64,000 nucleotides of DNA from Candidatus Zixiibacteriota bacterium (GCA_043819555.1 JBDREQ010000063.1:32001-96000), one strand, 5' to 3'. Shown: positions 20,679 through 32,059, numbered from the stretch's first letter. Notes: generated by a model not told the origin, from the sequence alone. Made by a program: numbers and translations.

Positions 20679-21452
20679 ATGACTGAAATAAATTTTAAAA
20701 TAGTAACCGCCGGCAAGGTTGATATTTTACGAGATGAAAATTATAAAATGGCTCGGATGGTCTGGCATGATTTTATGCTCCATGACCCGGTCGCGAATTA
20801 TTTTACTGATTTATTCTCCGAGCCGGAATTGATGAAATATCAGTTCGCCCTGATTGAGCCGGATACGGATAAAATTATCGCGATAGGCAATTCTGTTCCT
20901 CTGTTGTGGGAAGATAAAATCGAAAACCTGCCGGATGATGGCTGGGATTGGGCGCTGGCCAAAGGCATCGACGATTATAGAAATAAACGCAAACCAAATC
21001 TGCTTTGCGCAATTCAAATTATGGTACACCCTGATCGTCATGGTCAGGGCTTGAGCTCAAAGGCGGTTACGGTGATGCGCGGCATTGCCAAACAAAATAA
21101 TTTGGACGGCCTTATCGCACCGGTGCGACCGACCAAAAAATGCGATTATCCTCTGATACCGATTGATAATTATATCAAATGGACTAACGGTGAAGATTTG
21201 CCGTTTGATCCATGGCTGAGAGTCCACGCTCGATTGGGAGCAAAGATTATAAAATCCTGCCCCCGGGCGATGACGATTCCCGGAACGGTATCTGAATGGG
21301 AAGAGTGGACAAAGATGAAATTCCCCGAAAGCGGACGATATACCATTCCCGGCGCGTTAGTCCCGGTCAATATTGACCGTGAAAACGATAAAGGCGTATA
21401 TATTGAACCTAACGTCTGGATGCATCATGAATTTGAAAATAATGAATTATAA
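20679..21452 (+). CDS. GNAT family acetyltransferase
   Basis: HGQGLS, LIAPVRPT, PFDPWLRVHARLGA. Confidence 0.8.
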   Translation: MTEINFKIVTAGKVDILRDENYKMARMVWHDFMLHDPVANYFTDLFSEPELMKYQFALIEPDTDKIIAIGNSVPLLWEDKIENLPDDGWDWALAKGIDDYRNKRKPNLLCAIQIMVHPDRHGQGLSSKAVTVMRGIAKQNNLDGLIAPVRPTKKCDYPLIPIDNYIKWTNGEDLPFDPWLRVHARLGAKIIKSCPRAMTIPGTVSEWEEWTKMKFPESGRYTIPGALVPVNIDRENDKGVYIEPNVWMHHEFENNEL

Positions 21453-21482
21453 CAATCAACCGATTGGCCGATAAGACGTATA

Positions 21483-22778
21483 ATGGGTATATTGGAAAGT
21501 ACGAAAAATATGAAAATATTATTGATCATAAATTTACTGATTACAGTTTTACTCCTTCCAGCCCTGACGTCGGCGGAGATGCTACTTATCCCAATGGATG
21601 AAGCGCAAAGCAATCATCTCAAGGCGTACGGCGTGGTATTCAACTGCCTGACGCGCAATCAGCAGGCGGAATGGATTCTCAATTATCGTTTCGGTTCGTT
21701 CCTGATAAAAGATACCGACAACAACCGTGATTTATGCCTCATGCGCGGAGTCTATTACGATGTCATTTCCAACTCAGAAGCGGCCGATATTTACCGAATT
21801 GTCGAATCGGAAAATATGGAACGAGTTCTTCTCGAAAAAGAACCAAAAATCGCAGTGTATGCTCCCCCCAGCCACCAGCCGTGGGATGACGCCGTCCGGC
21901 TGGCTCTTGAATATGCTGAGATCGATTATGATTTACTCTGGGACAAGGAAGTTCTCGAGGGTAAGCTCGAAGAATACGACTGGCTCCATCTGCATCATGA
22001 GGATTTTTCCGGACAGTACGGTAAATTCTATTTTGCCTTCGGCCGCGAACTGTGGTATCAGCAGGACGTCGCCGCCAACGAAGCGATGGCCCGCTCGCTG
22101 GGATATAACAAAGTCTCCGAATGTAAAAAAGCCGTCGCGCGGGAGATAAAAGAGTATGTTTTGCGGGGAGGATTTTTATTCGCCATGTGTTCGGCCGCCG
22201 AAACTCTCGATATGGCGTTGGCGGCCCATTCGACCGATATTGTACCCTCCGAATTCGACGGCGATCCGCCCGATCCCGACTGCGTTTCGAAACTTGATTT
22301 TTCTCAGACAATGGCTTTCGAAGATTTTACTCCCGATTTTAATCCGCTTGTATACAGGCGTTCCAATATCGATACCTACCCGGAGCGCATCGAACGATTT
22401 CTTATGCCTGATGATGATATCTTTTATTTGTTTGAGTTTTCCGCCAAACTCGACCCGGTCCCAACGATGCTGGTGCAGAATCATATGCCCGTCGTCAATG
22501 GTTTCATGGGTCAGACAACAGGATTGAAAAAATCTCTCTTGAAAAAATACGTGATTGTTTTGGGACAGCCGCTTGATTATGATGAAGTCCGCTACATCCA
22601 CGGCAATCTCGGTAAAGGTACTTTCACTTTTTATTCCGGTCATGACCCTGAAGATTATCAACATCGGATCAATGACCCGCCGACTGATTTGTCACTCCAC
22701 AAAAATTCACCCGGCTACCGGTTGATACTCAATAATATTCTTTTTCCGGCGGCCCGTAAAAAAGAAAGAAAAACCTGA
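21483..22778 (+). CDS. secreted conserved FCB-group protein with class I GATase-like region (often labelled 'asparagine synthetase B')
   Basis: Signal peptide; HLKAYG, PWDDAV, DWLHLHHEDFSGQYGKFY, GGFLFAMCSA, SPGYRLILNNILFPAA. Confidence 0.6.
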   Translation: MGILESTKNMKILLIINLLITVLLLPALTSAEMLLIPMDEAQSNHLKAYGVVFNCLTRNQQAEWILNYRFGSFLIKDTDNNRDLCLMRGVYYDVISNSEAADIYRIVESENMERVLLEKEPKIAVYAPPSHQPWDDAVRLALEYAEIDYDLLWDKEVLEGKLEEYDWLHLHHEDFSGQYGKFYFAFGRELWYQQDVAANEAMARSLGYNKVSECKKAVAREIKEYVLRGGFLFAMCSAAETLDMALAAHSTDIVPSEFDGDPPDPDCVSKLDFSQTMAFEDFTPDFNPLVYRRSNIDTYPERIERFLMPDDDIFYLFEFSAKLDPVPTMLVQNHMPVVNGFMGQTTGLKKSLLKKYVIVLGQPLDYDEVRYIHGNLGKGTFTFYSGHDPEDYQHRINDPPTDLSLHKNSPGYRLILNNILFPAARKKERKT

Positions 22779-22802
22779 GGATATTCAATAAATTCAATTG
22801 GG

Positions 22803-23687
22803 TTATTTAAGCAACAAATCACGCAATGCGATTATTTCATCTTCCAGAGCAGGCATTTTTCTATTCAGGAATTCTTCAGTTTCGTTGCATAATAAACCTG
22901 CTAGAAGCGGCCTTTTAGCTGGACGGGGGAGCGATGAGGATTCGACCGGAGAAATCAAACCCTTATCAAATTTACAAATCTCAGCGATCTTCAACGCCAG
23001 CTCATAACGGCTGACAAAATTAGCGCCCCCGATGTGATATACACCGCTGCCATCTTTCTCAATCAACTGCCTGATTAATTTTGCCGATGTAAGATCGCTA
23101 ATCGGATTAGAGCTTTGATCGCTCGCGCCGCCTATTTTCTTCCCTGCTTTCAGATTGTTATAAACGAAAAGGAAGAAATTCCGTTCGGCCGTAATATCGA
23201 GCATGGTGTTAGTGCGAATGATTAAATTATCAGTCGATGCTGCCAAAATCAATTCTTCAGCCCGGAGTTTATGCTCGCCATATATATTAATCGGATGGGG
23301 CGGATCATTTGGGCACGCTCGTTTGTCGCCCGGAAAAACATAATCGGTAGATATCTGAACGAATTTGGCTTTGGGAAAATACTTTTGCAAATAATCAACG
23401 GCGTCAACATTGATTCGTCTTGATAGTTCCGGCTCCTGTTGGCATCGATCAACATCGGCCAGGGCGGCGGAATTTATAATTATATCAGGTGAATATTGTT
23501 GTGATAGATATTTAACGTGCTCAATATCACCGAGATCGTCGTAATAGGTATTTTCTCCATTTTCGATTCGTGGATCATTATGATAGTGCTTGATCAAACG
23601 GCCGGCATTTGAAAACTCATCTGTAAGCCGACGCCCCAGAAGACCTCCGACCCCAGTAATTAATATCTGGCATTTGCATATATTCAT
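22803..23687 (-). CDS. rmlD: dTDP-4-dehydrorhamnose reductase
   Basis: ITGVGGLLG, ISTDYVF, YGEHK, PAKRP. Confidence 0.88.
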   Translation of the reverse strand: MNICKCQILITGVGGLLGRRLTDEFSNAGRLIKHYHNDPRIENGENTYYDDLGDIEHVKYLSQQYSPDIIINSAALADVDRCQQEPELSRRINVDAVDYLQKYFPKAKFVQISTDYVFPGDKRACPNDPPHPINIYGEHKLRAEELILAASTDNLIIRTNTMLDITAERNFFLFVYNNLKAGKKIGGASDQSSNPISDLTSAKLIRQLIEKDGSGVYHIGGANFVSRYELALKIAEICKFDKGLISPVESSSLPRPAKRPLLAGLLCNETEEFLNRKMPALEDEIIALRDLLLK

Positions 23688-24718
23688 GAGTGATTTTTGT
23701 AGTGATTTTCAAAGAATTTAGCGTCACTCGGATGGTCCTGAGATTTTGCTAATATTGTATCCACCCACTTTTTATTGTCACGATACCATTTGATTGTTTC
23801 TTCCAGTGAGGTATTAAAATCAGATTTTGCCGCCCATCCCAACTCAGATATTTTGTCCCATTTGACGCTGTAGCAAAAATCATGGCCCGGCCGATCGGCA
23901 ATATAATTAATCCTGCTCTCATCAGCACCCAGAACAGACAACATCCGTTTTGACATTTCCAGATTACTGGTATGATTGTCGGCCCCGGCGTTATATATCT
24001 GTCCTTTTTCACCTTTATTATAAACCAGCCAGATCGCCCGGCAAAAGTCTTTAACGAATAGCCAATCGCGCATCTGAAGGCCGTCTCCGTAAAGCGGCAG
24101 AGTTTCGCCGGCAAGGATGCGCCGGGTAAAAAACGGAATCAGTTTTTCAGGATATTGACGGGGGCCAAAATTATTTGTCCCCCGGATTATCGCGGCGTCG
24201 ATGTCTTTGCTGTTGATCGCCGCCAGAACATACATGTCTGCGGCCGCCTTTGATGAGGCATAATAATTTCCGGGTTTTAATGGCGCATCTTCTCCACATG
24301 GCTTATCGGGAGACGATGCCCCATAAACTTCATCGGTCGATATTTGCATGTATCGCCGGACTTTGTGCTCTTCCACCGCCCGAAGCAAATTCAAAACTCC
24401 GACAACATTATTCTCGATAAAAAATTCAGGATGATAAAAAGCCCGATCAACGTGGGTTTGGGCTGCGACGTTTATCAAACCGTCGTAACCATCAGACAGA
24501 AGCTCATCAACTAATTTACGGTCGCATATCGATCCCGTGACAAATCGGTGCCGATCGGATGCTATCCCGCCCGGGATATGTTCGAGGTTCATAGTATGCC
24601 CGGCGTAATCTAATTTATCCAGCGATGTAATATGAATATCGTCGGTATGGGACAGTATATATTCGACCAGGTGCGAACCGATAAATCCTGCCGTACCGGT
24701 AATAAGTAACTTTTTCAT
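23684..24718 (-). CDS. rmlB: dTDP-glucose 4,6-dehydratase
   Basis: GTAGFIGS, ISTDEVYG, YASSKA, NNFGPRQYPEKLIP, DRPGHD. Confidence 0.93.
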   Translation of the reverse strand: MKKLLITGTAGFIGSHLVEYILSHTDDIHITSLDKLDYAGHTMNLEHIPGGIASDRHRFVTGSICDRKLVDELLSDGYDGLINVAAQTHVDRAFYHPEFFIENNVVGVLNLLRAVEEHKVRRYMQISTDEVYGASSPDKPCGEDAPLKPGNYYASSKAAADMYVLAAINSKDIDAAIIRGTNNFGPRQYPEKLIPFFTRRILAGETLPLYGDGLQMRDWLFVKDFCRAIWLVYNKGEKGQIYNAGADNHTSNLEMSKRMLSVLGADESRINYIADRPGHDFCYSVKWDKISELGWAAKSDFNTSLEETIKWYRDNKKWVDTILAKSQDHPSDAKFFENHYKNHS

Positions 24719-25179
24719 CACGCTTCCGCATCCCAATCGTAAACAATCAGATCGGTATCTTTCTGCAATCGCATCTCATCCGGATTTTGATGATTGTAAG
24801 GTTCGGTGGGGCAATTCAGTATTATGGCCGGCTCGGGGCTTAGTCCTTTTATGCCATGATGAATGTGAGGAGGGATGGTAATCAAAAGACGGTTGTCATC
24901 GCCAAAAACAAATTTATTTATTTTGCCATATGTGGGACTGTTTTCGCGCAAGTCGGCCAGTACAAGTTTGACCATGCCCGATACGGCGCAAAAATTATCG
25001 TATTGAATGGCGTGGCAATGCCATGCCTTGACGACGCCGGGACGAACTGAAGTAATATACGCCTGACCGAATTTTTGAAAAATATCATCGTCATTGCGAA
25101 GTATTTCAAATAACCAGCCTCTTTTGTCGGTGTGAGTTATTAATTTCTTGATTTTGACACCGTCAATCAAATCGGTCAT
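24718..25179 (-). CDS. rmlC: dTDP-4-dehydrorhamnose 3,5-epimerase
   Basis: DKRGWLFE, VKAWHCH, DLRENSPTYG. Confidence 0.9.
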   Translation of the reverse strand: MTDLIDGVKIKKLITHTDKRGWLFEILRNDDDIFQKFGQAYITSVRPGVVKAWHCHAIQYDNFCAVSGMVKLVLADLRENSPTYGKINKFVFGDDNRLLITIPPHIHHGIKGLSPEPAIILNCPTEPYNHQNPDEMRLQKDTDLIVYDWDAEA

Positions 25180-25937
25180 AATGCGCCTTCTTCCGATTCT
25201 ACTTCCCCTTCAATTTCCTCGCCACAAATCTTATTTCGTGCTTCGGCCAGTGATTCATGCGTCCCGGCATCTATCCACCAGTCTTTGAGCATGTCATATC
25301 GCAGTCGCCCCTGTTTATGATAAGCATTCAATACATCGGTGACTTCGTATTCCCCCCGTCCGGACGGTTTTACTTTTGAGGCAATATCGAACAAATCTTT
25401 GGGAAAGAAGTAAATTCCTGTAATAGCCCAATGCGAATCGGATGTTTTCGGTTTTTCCTCAATGGCGGTGATTTCACCGTCATCAATATGAGCGACGCCA
25501 AAGGCTTCGGGAGACTGCACTTCGGCCAGCAGCATCAAAGCTTGGTCGGGATCTTCCTCGAATTTATCCCGATAGCCTCGAGCCGAACCGCCGATTATAT
25601 TATCGCCCAGGACAACCATATAGGGTCCAATGCGCAGATTCTCGGGCATCATCAGAATCGAACCGGCAATTCCCGGTTTTTCAGTCTGTGGCACAATCGT
25701 CAAAGGATTAAACTGTGTGCCGATACCGACCGACATAGTCTTTTTGAAATTATCAACATGGTGCGGGTTAGTCACCAGGGTCACATCATTAACGCCGGCG
25801 GAAAGAAAAATCGACAAGGAATAGTTGATCATCGGCCGTCCGCCGATTTCGATCAAATGTTTATTGCAACTATTGGTCAGCGGCGCCAGCCGTTCGCCTT
25901 TACCACCGGTTAATATAATTCCCTGCATGGGTCCCAT
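25176..25937 (-). CDS. rmlA: glucose-1-phosphate thymidylyltransferase
   Basis: GGKGERLAPLT, EEKP, SGRGEYEVTD, WWIDAGT. Confidence 0.88.
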   Translation of the reverse strand: MGPMQGIILTGGKGERLAPLTNSCNKHLIEIGGRPMINYSLSIFLSAGVNDVTLVTNPHHVDNFKKTMSVGIGTQFNPLTIVPQTEKPGIAGSILMMPENLRIGPYMVVLGDNIIGGSARGYRDKFEEDPDQALMLLAEVQSPEAFGVAHIDDGEITAIEEKPKTSDSHWAITGIYFFPKDLFDIASKVKPSGRGEYEVTDVLNAYHKQGRLRYDMLKDWWIDAGTHESLAEARNKICGEEIEGEVESEEGAL

Positions 25938-26061
25938 CCATATATGAACGATATCTCGACAATATAACAATACGGAACAAAAAATGAAAATGATAAATGG
26001 CGGTTTAGCGCCATGATAGTAATGGTGGATGGCTTCAATAAACTGCGGTTTTTAAAATGAA

Positions 26062-27879
26062 CTAATACTCATACCTTATGACTTCGGTACCGATTGAATC
26101 CGGAGGAGGTTCAATGCTTTCCGGTTCTTCCACGAGAGGTTTCTCAATCAATGGCTTGACTTGGCCGTTTTCGTATTTGAAAAGCGGCAGTTCCAAATTT
26201 GAGCGGCTTTTCCCAAACGTAATCTTCCCCGAAACGCCGTTATAACCGTTTAAGGATTTAAGATATTCGGCAATATCGCCCGGAGATTTTCGATCCTGCA
26301 GGTAAGCTTCACCCAGAATCATCAAGGCATCATACCCGACTGCCGCCAGTCGATCCGGCTCACCACTATATTTGCTATCGAAATCGGAAGAAAACCTATC
26401 ATACCCGGGCGAGTCGCGCATCGCCATTGAGCTGGAATAAAAAACGGCATTGCCCAATGTTCTCTCATCGAGCTTCATTACCTTATCGGTGTTCCATTCG
26501 TCGGCGCCCAGATACGATGTTTTGAATCTGTAAAAATCTAACTGGGGCAAAATCAAAAACAACTGTTGTTCATCAGCCGGAATAAAAAGGCCGTCGAATT
26601 CCACTTCCATTTCGCCGGGGCGCAGGGTATCTCCCTTCAGAGTTACGTAAAAGGTCGAATCATCAACCGTTCCCAGGATTGCTTCCTTTATATCGTGGAG
26701 ATAAGGGCCAAAATCGGTTTCACCGGGTCGGAATCTCTCAAAAGCAAGCAGCGTCGCCCCCAGCCTTTGGGCTTCATCGGCGAACGCTTCGGCCATTGTC
26801 AGCTCATCCAGAGAGGTCGGTGATATGACGACAAGCGTTGTCATTCCTCTATGGCGAACGGCGTACTGGGCTAACCCACGGCCAATTGTTTTGATGTTGA
26901 CTGATAATTGAAAACATCGCGGGGATAGCTCCGTGAAGCCGGCCTGTGTTGCCGCCGGAACCAAAAGCGGAATCTGTTCGTGGCTCAAAACAGCGGCCGT
27001 GGTCGCGGCAACATTGGAAAGAAGCGGGCCAACGACAATATCGACCCCGGCTTCCGCAAGGGCAATTGCCTGTCGGGCTGCGGTAATATTATCCGCCCGA
27101 GTGTCATAGGCTAAAATCTCAACCGGAACACCCATTCCTCTAAGCCTCTCAGCCGCCAGCTTACTCCCATCAAGGAGAGCCTGGCCATAACGGGCATAAG
27201 TGCCGGACAACGGCATTAACATTCCCGCGGTTATGCCATTTGATGAACCTTCTCGAGGTTTATCAACTTCAAAGATTTCGTTGGGGCATCTTCCCAGAAA
27301 GTTGTCAATTTGTTCCCGGCTCCAGCGACCCTTCATCAAAACCGCCATCCGGGCTTTAATGGCGCATTCCAAATCCCCCGGAACCAGAGCCAGAACCGAA
27401 TCGGGGGGAAAATATCCAGCCTCGATTATTGCGGCGATTGACCGTTCACTTAAACGGCGAAGCTGATTATCCGGCGCGGATCGATATGCGATGATATAGT
27501 TTCGAAAAGAACTTTCTATCAAGCCAATCCTGTAATAACAATTAGCCTTCAGATGATAGGCGTACGGAGTAAGATATGAGTTGGGAAAAAGGGTTTGAAA
27601 TCCGGCCAAAATATCACCAGCTGTTTTATAATCGCCCAGATGATAATAAGCCCGCGCCAATCCATAGTTATAAATATCTCGATATTCGGAATTTTTAAAC
27701 CCTTCTGCCAATTCGTTATAGGCTTCAATGGCTCCGGGATAATCTTTTTGCCTCATTAGTCTCTGGGCGCGCGAAAACAGCGACTGCGCCCGGGCAAATT
27801 CGTCAGGTAACACCTGGGCCAAAGCAAAATCCCCGGTAAAAAGCAGAACTGATATAAATATAAGCAGCAACCATTTCAT
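26062..27879 (-). CDS. TPR + periplasmic-binding-fold protein (LppC/LpoA-like)
   Basis: Signal peptide, N-terminal TPRs, LMPLSGTYA, VVGPLLS, GYDA. Confidence 0.75.
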   Translation of the reverse strand: MKWLLLIFISVLLFTGDFALAQVLPDEFARAQSLFSRAQRLMRQKDYPGAIEAYNELAEGFKNSEYRDIYNYGLARAYYHLGDYKTAGDILAGFQTLFPNSYLTPYAYHLKANCYYRIGLIESSFRNYIIAYRSAPDNQLRRLSERSIAAIIEAGYFPPDSVLALVPGDLECAIKARMAVLMKGRWSREQIDNFLGRCPNEIFEVDKPREGSSNGITAGMLMPLSGTYARYGQALLDGSKLAAERLRGMGVPVEILAYDTRADNITAARQAIALAEAGVDIVVGPLLSNVAATTAAVLSHEQIPLLVPAATQAGFTELSPRCFQLSVNIKTIGRGLAQYAVRHRGMTTLVVISPTSLDELTMAEAFADEAQRLGATLLAFERFRPGETDFGPYLHDIKEAILGTVDDSTFYVTLKGDTLRPGEMEVEFDGLFIPADEQQLFLILPQLDFYRFKTSYLGADEWNTDKVMKLDERTLGNAVFYSSSMAMRDSPGYDRFSSDFDSKYSGEPDRLAAVGYDALMILGEAYLQDRKSPGDIAEYLKSLNGYNGVSGKITFGKSRSNLELPLFKYENGQVKPLIEKPLVEEPESIEPPPDSIGTEVIRYEY

Positions 27880-28043
27880 GAGCGTTAATTTAGAGATTGT
27901 CTTTCATTTGGGAAAGTAAAAAATCCCAAATCCGCTTAGTCGTTTGCCGATTATTGTACATTTTAATAGGAAAATCGATGAAATTTGTACCCAATCCGGC
28001 CGATTTTTGTATAATAAGACTGAATATAACAATGGAGAAGTTT

Positions 28044-28637
28044 ATGAAAAACAAATTTACCTGCGGTTTACTTTTAACTCTGACAATTATTGCGTTCGTG
28101 TTTAATTCTCTTTCCTTTGCTATCGAAAAACCAATCAATCAAAATCCGGTTGATATTTCCAAATCATCGGAAAACTTGGTCATGAATTGGCCCGAAAGCG
28201 GCGAATGGAAAAGCGGTTTGAAAAAAGCTTATGGCCAATCAGTGATTGAGTTTTTCTACCCTAAAGGTCAGACACAAGGTAATTGGACCGAAATGGGGAG
28301 TATCGAGATCAACCCGGTTTTAAAAGAAGTTCCCATTATTACAACCGCCCGTTCCATATTTTTGGGCACCGAAAAAGCCAGCCCCAAAGCAACCTGGGAT
28401 ATTCTGGAACGCGGCAAAACAGAAAATGGATACCCGTTTATCATATTTGAAATTATTTGCCCCGAATTCCGAACCAAAGAAGAACCGCAAATTCAATACT
28501 GGAAAATAATCGATGGAAATTTAAACTCACATACGGTTCAATACTCGTTTAGGGGGACAACAATTCCCGAAGAAAAAAAGAAAGAGATTCTCGACGCCTT
28601 GAAAGATGCTAAATTAACGGCGGCAAAAAAAATATAG
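28044..28637 (+). CDS. secreted hypothetical protein
   Basis: GGAG RBS and signal peptide from MKNKFTCG. Confidence 0.6.
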   Translation: MKNKFTCGLLLTLTIIAFVFNSLSFAIEKPINQNPVDISKSSENLVMNWPESGEWKSGLKKAYGQSVIEFFYPKGQTQGNWTEMGSIEINPVLKEVPIITTARSIFLGTEKASPKATWDILERGKTENGYPFIIFEIICPEFRTKEEPQIQYWKIIDGNLNSHTVQYSFRGTTIPEEKKKEILDALKDAKLTAAKKI

Positions 28638-28742
28638 AGCCTGTTTATTTGTCCCGGCGCTTGCATACAGCGCGGTAAATCGTTAGAATGATATAACTCA
28701 CTAATCAATTGTGGTTAGTGAGTTTTTGTTTGGTTATTTTTT

Positions 28743-29579
28743 ATGGATATTGAACCTTACATAAAAACGGCTCGCGGCGAACTTACCGATTATGTTTCCG
28801 GGGTTGACCGATTTATAAATTCTCTGGGGCAACCCGGTAAATTTGAATCGTCTTCTCTGCGAGCGAAATCTCCCGAAGAATACATCCGCAATATCCTGGC
28901 AGTCAGCATCCTGACGCATCTCGGCCGGACGGAATTTCTGAAAACCGAAAAGCGAATAATTGTCCTGCCTGATTGTCTGAAAAATTACAGCGACTGGGAA
29001 TGCGGCAAAGAAACCGACGGCAATATCAGTTGGTGCGCGAAGTGCCATCCCGAGTGCATCGTTTATGAAATTGAAGACTGGCTGGCCGATACAAACACGA
29101 CTATTCTTCTTGAACCGGAAGAGCTGGATAAATATTTTGCCGAATTGAAAAATGAAGACGGCAATACCGGAGTAGTCGGCGTTGCCTGCGCCCTAACGCT
29201 ACTTTCCGGATTTCATTCGACGTTGAAGTATAAATTCCCAACCCAGGGAGTTTTTCTCAATTATTCGTCATGCGCCCATCACTGGATCAAGGGCGGCATC
29301 AATACCGCCTTTAGTATTAAACGGCTGGCGTGGATTTTGAAGAAAGACCTCCCGGAAATATCTGAAATTAATTCCATCGACGGCCCGACATATTCGCTTA
29401 TAAAAGAGCCTCTTTCATCAGATGATTTTTATAACCGGGTCGATAAACTGTGCGAGTATTTTATATCCGAATACTATCCCCAATTTAAACTAGCCCATCC
29501 TGATTTAGATATTTATGATTTATCAATCGAGATAAGTCACGCCCTGGTCCCTAATCTTATTACAAGGGATGAGTCGTAG
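28743..29579 (+). CDS. DUF116-like Cys-rich protein
   Basis: LPDCLK, CAKCHPEC, VVGVAC. Confidence 0.7.
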   Translation: MDIEPYIKTARGELTDYVSGVDRFINSLGQPGKFESSSLRAKSPEEYIRNILAVSILTHLGRTEFLKTEKRIIVLPDCLKNYSDWECGKETDGNISWCAKCHPECIVYEIEDWLADTNTTILLEPEELDKYFAELKNEDGNTGVVGVACALTLLSGFHSTLKYKFPTQGVFLNYSSCAHHWIKGGINTAFSIKRLAWILKKDLPEISEINSIDGPTYSLIKEPLSSDDFYNRVDKLCEYFISEYYPQFKLAHPDLDIYDLSIEISHALVPNLITRDES

Positions 29580-29668
29580 ACTTAACTTATAATAAATAGT
29601 CTTTTCGCTTGCATAACATTAGAACAATCATTAATATGGATTCATCAATATTTTCGCGGAGGGAAATC

Positions 29669-30247
29669 ATGAAAAAAGACATTATTGCAAAAATATTCAT
29701 AGGCGCACCTGTTACGCTTGCAATTGGTATTATTCTGGGAGCAATTGGATACCATTTTTTTAGCGATAAATACGAATTAAAATATGCGCTTTATTCCGGT
29801 CCGGGGATGGCGATTGGTGCAAGCGGAAATGAAACATATTTTCCCTATACAATTAGCGTAAAAAATTCGGGCGATATTCCATTAACCAATTTAGATATTT
29901 ACCCTCCACTCAATGGTACTATAGCAAATATTGGTATTTTCCCAAGGAATCTGATTGGCGAATTTGAAAAAGATTCTGCCGTCTTTGTTGGTGATTCCGT
30001 GTTAAGTCTTTCTCGCAAATCTTTCGCAATTGATTCAGAGCTTGAGATCAACTTTGTTGTAAATGGTGTATTAATTAAAAGTGATATGGCAATCTCCTGC
30101 GATGAAGTTATTGCTTCTCAAATGGAGAATAATTCAGATGATTTTCTGGGTTTCACATCTTTCGCGGGGCTTGGTTTTGTCGCAGCCGTAGCTGCATTTT
30201 TGTCAATAATTGGCCAAAATGTAGAGGCTTTAATTAGGAAACGTTAA
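29669..30247 (+). CDS. hypothetical membrane protein with N- and C-terminal TM helices
   Basis: GGAGGG RBS; two hydrophobic segments; AT-rich. Confidence 0.55.
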   Translation: MKKDIIAKIFIGAPVTLAIGIILGAIGYHFFSDKYELKYALYSGPGMAIGASGNETYFPYTISVKNSGDIPLTNLDIYPPLNGTIANIGIFPRNLIGEFEKDSAVFVGDSVLSLSRKSFAIDSELEINFVVNGVLIKSDMAISCDEVIASQMENNSDDFLGFTSFAGLGFVAAVAAFLSIIGQNVEALIRKR

Positions 30248-30345
30248 AAAAAGAAAAAGCAATCATCTTCCGAATGAGCAAAACAAATTTCCCCTCCATT
30301 TATCCATTGAATTATTATTAAAATAAACTTATCTTAAGCGCGATC

Positions 30346-31218
30346 ATGGTTAAAAACATTTTTCAATTATTGCGCCCGCATCAATGGATTAAAAACGGGA
30401 TTGTCCTAACCGGACTTATCTTTTCCGGCAGCGCCAACAATCCCGATATGGCAATTACCGCTCTTATTGCCACCGGACTGTTTTGTTTGCTCTCGTCCGC
30501 TGTTTATATCATCAACGACATTGCCGACGCTAAGGCCGATCGCAATCATCCCCGCAAAGCCAAACGCCCGATCGCGTCCGGACGAATACGCAAATCAACC
30601 GCAATGGTGTTGGCATTGCTCCTCTCCGCCGGATCGCTCGGGGGGGCATATTTATTAAGCTGGGGATTTTTCTTAACCGCCGCAGGCTATTTCGTATTGC
30701 AGATTGCTTATACATTTCATCTGAAGCACGTCGTAATAATTGATGTCATGTCAATCGCGGCCGGATTTGTTTTGCGCGCTTTTGCCGGGGCGGTTGTCAT
30801 TGGCGTCAATTTCTCGGGCTGGCTTTTGATTACCTCGTTTCTCCTGGCACTCTTTTTGGGTTTCGGTAAACGGCGCCACGAAATCGTTATGCTTGAAAGT
30901 GGCAGCAAAGACCACCGGCGTATCCTTGAAAGTTATTCAAGCTATTTTCTCGACCAATTAATGGGTATTGTTACGCCGGCCATTTTGGTCTGCTACCTGC
31001 TCTATGCCATTTCATCCGATGTCCAGATGCGGCTGGGAACCGAATATTTTTATCTGACCGTCCCGTTTGTGTTCTACGGCATCTTCAGATATATCTACCT
31101 GATTCACCAGGAACAAAAAGGCGGCTCCCCAACCCGCATTTTGATTACCGACCATCCGATTTTATTGACCGTCGTTCTGTGGTTGCTTAGCTCAATATTG
31201 CTTCTTTATTATTCGTGA
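30346..31218 (+). CDS. UbiA family decaprenyl-phosphate phosphoribosyltransferase-like protein
   Basis: RPHQWIKN, NDIADAKADRNHPRKAKRPIASG, GFGKRRHE. Confidence 0.9.
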   Translation: MVKNIFQLLRPHQWIKNGIVLTGLIFSGSANNPDMAITALIATGLFCLLSSAVYIINDIADAKADRNHPRKAKRPIASGRIRKSTAMVLALLLSAGSLGGAYLLSWGFFLTAAGYFVLQIAYTFHLKHVVIIDVMSIAAGFVLRAFAGAVVIGVNFSGWLLITSFLLALFLGFGKRRHEIVMLESGSKDHRRILESYSSYFLDQLMGIVTPAILVCYLLYAISSDVQMRLGTEYFYLTVPFVFYGIFRYIYLIHQEQKGGSPTRILITDHPILLTVVLWLLSSILLLYYS

Positions 31219-31267
31219 GCGCCACCGATAATCTAACATATAATTGGCTGGAACCATCATCGTCTTA

Positions 31268-31296
31268 TTGACATTAAAGTCAATCCTTCATATTAT
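31268..31296 (+). promoter_or_regulatory. sigma70 promoter of greA
   Basis: TTGACA-N17-TATTAT. Confidence 0.65.
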
Positions 31297-31330
31297 TATT
31301 AAGACGTTAACGAAATGAGTTTGAGGAAAA

Positions 31331-31810
31331 ATGGCTGATTCTAACGAAGTATATGTGTCCGAAGAAGGACTGGAAAAAATGAAAGCGGAACTGCGGCGCT
31401 TAAAACGAGAAGAGCGTCCCCGGATCGTGGCTGAAATTAAGCGGGCACGGGAAATGGGAGACCTTTCCGAGAACGCCGAATATCATGCCGCCAAGGAAGC
31501 GCAGACTCATATCGAACGCCAGATTTCCGATTTAGAATTCAAACTGTCGCGCGTTAAAGTAATCAGGCGCGATGAAGTCGCCAAGGGCAAGGCTTATTTA
31601 TTCGCCAGGGTAACGGTCGTTGATGTCGACGATGAAGATGATGAAGAGACCTATACTTTGGTTCCCCCCGACGAAGTTGATGTTGATAAAAATCATATTT
31701 CTATCGAGTCGCCCATCGGAATTGGATTGCGCGGAAAAGAGGTGGGTGATATCGCCGAAATCCAGGTCCCGGCCGGAACGATCAAATTTAAGATTACGAA
31801 GATTGAATGA
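31331..31810 (+). CDS. greA: transcription elongation factor GreA
   Basis: GDLSENAEYHAAKE, ISIESPIG. Confidence 0.96.
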   Translation: MADSNEVYVSEEGLEKMKAELRRLKREERPRIVAEIKRAREMGDLSENAEYHAAKEAQTHIERQISDLEFKLSRVKVIRRDEVAKGKAYLFARVTVVDVDDEDDEETYTLVPPDEVDVDKNHISIESPIGIGLRGKEVGDIAEIQVPAGTIKFKITKIE

Positions 31811-32059
31811 CTGAATTTAAACGAAACGTTTGTACCACAGGGTACATAATTTCCATTTCGTACACTATTTAATTTTGACCGCCTCCCATAACGCATTTTC
31901 AATCGTATGTTATTTAAGCGGTTGCCCAGTGCCTGATATCATCGCACAGCGGGCATGTTATTTGATTGTTGGAATGCGAGGATGAATATTATTTTCAAAT
32001 AATGCGCGATTTGACTATATTTTAGCAGATTCGTTTTCCTGTTACAGGCGGGAGGCTTT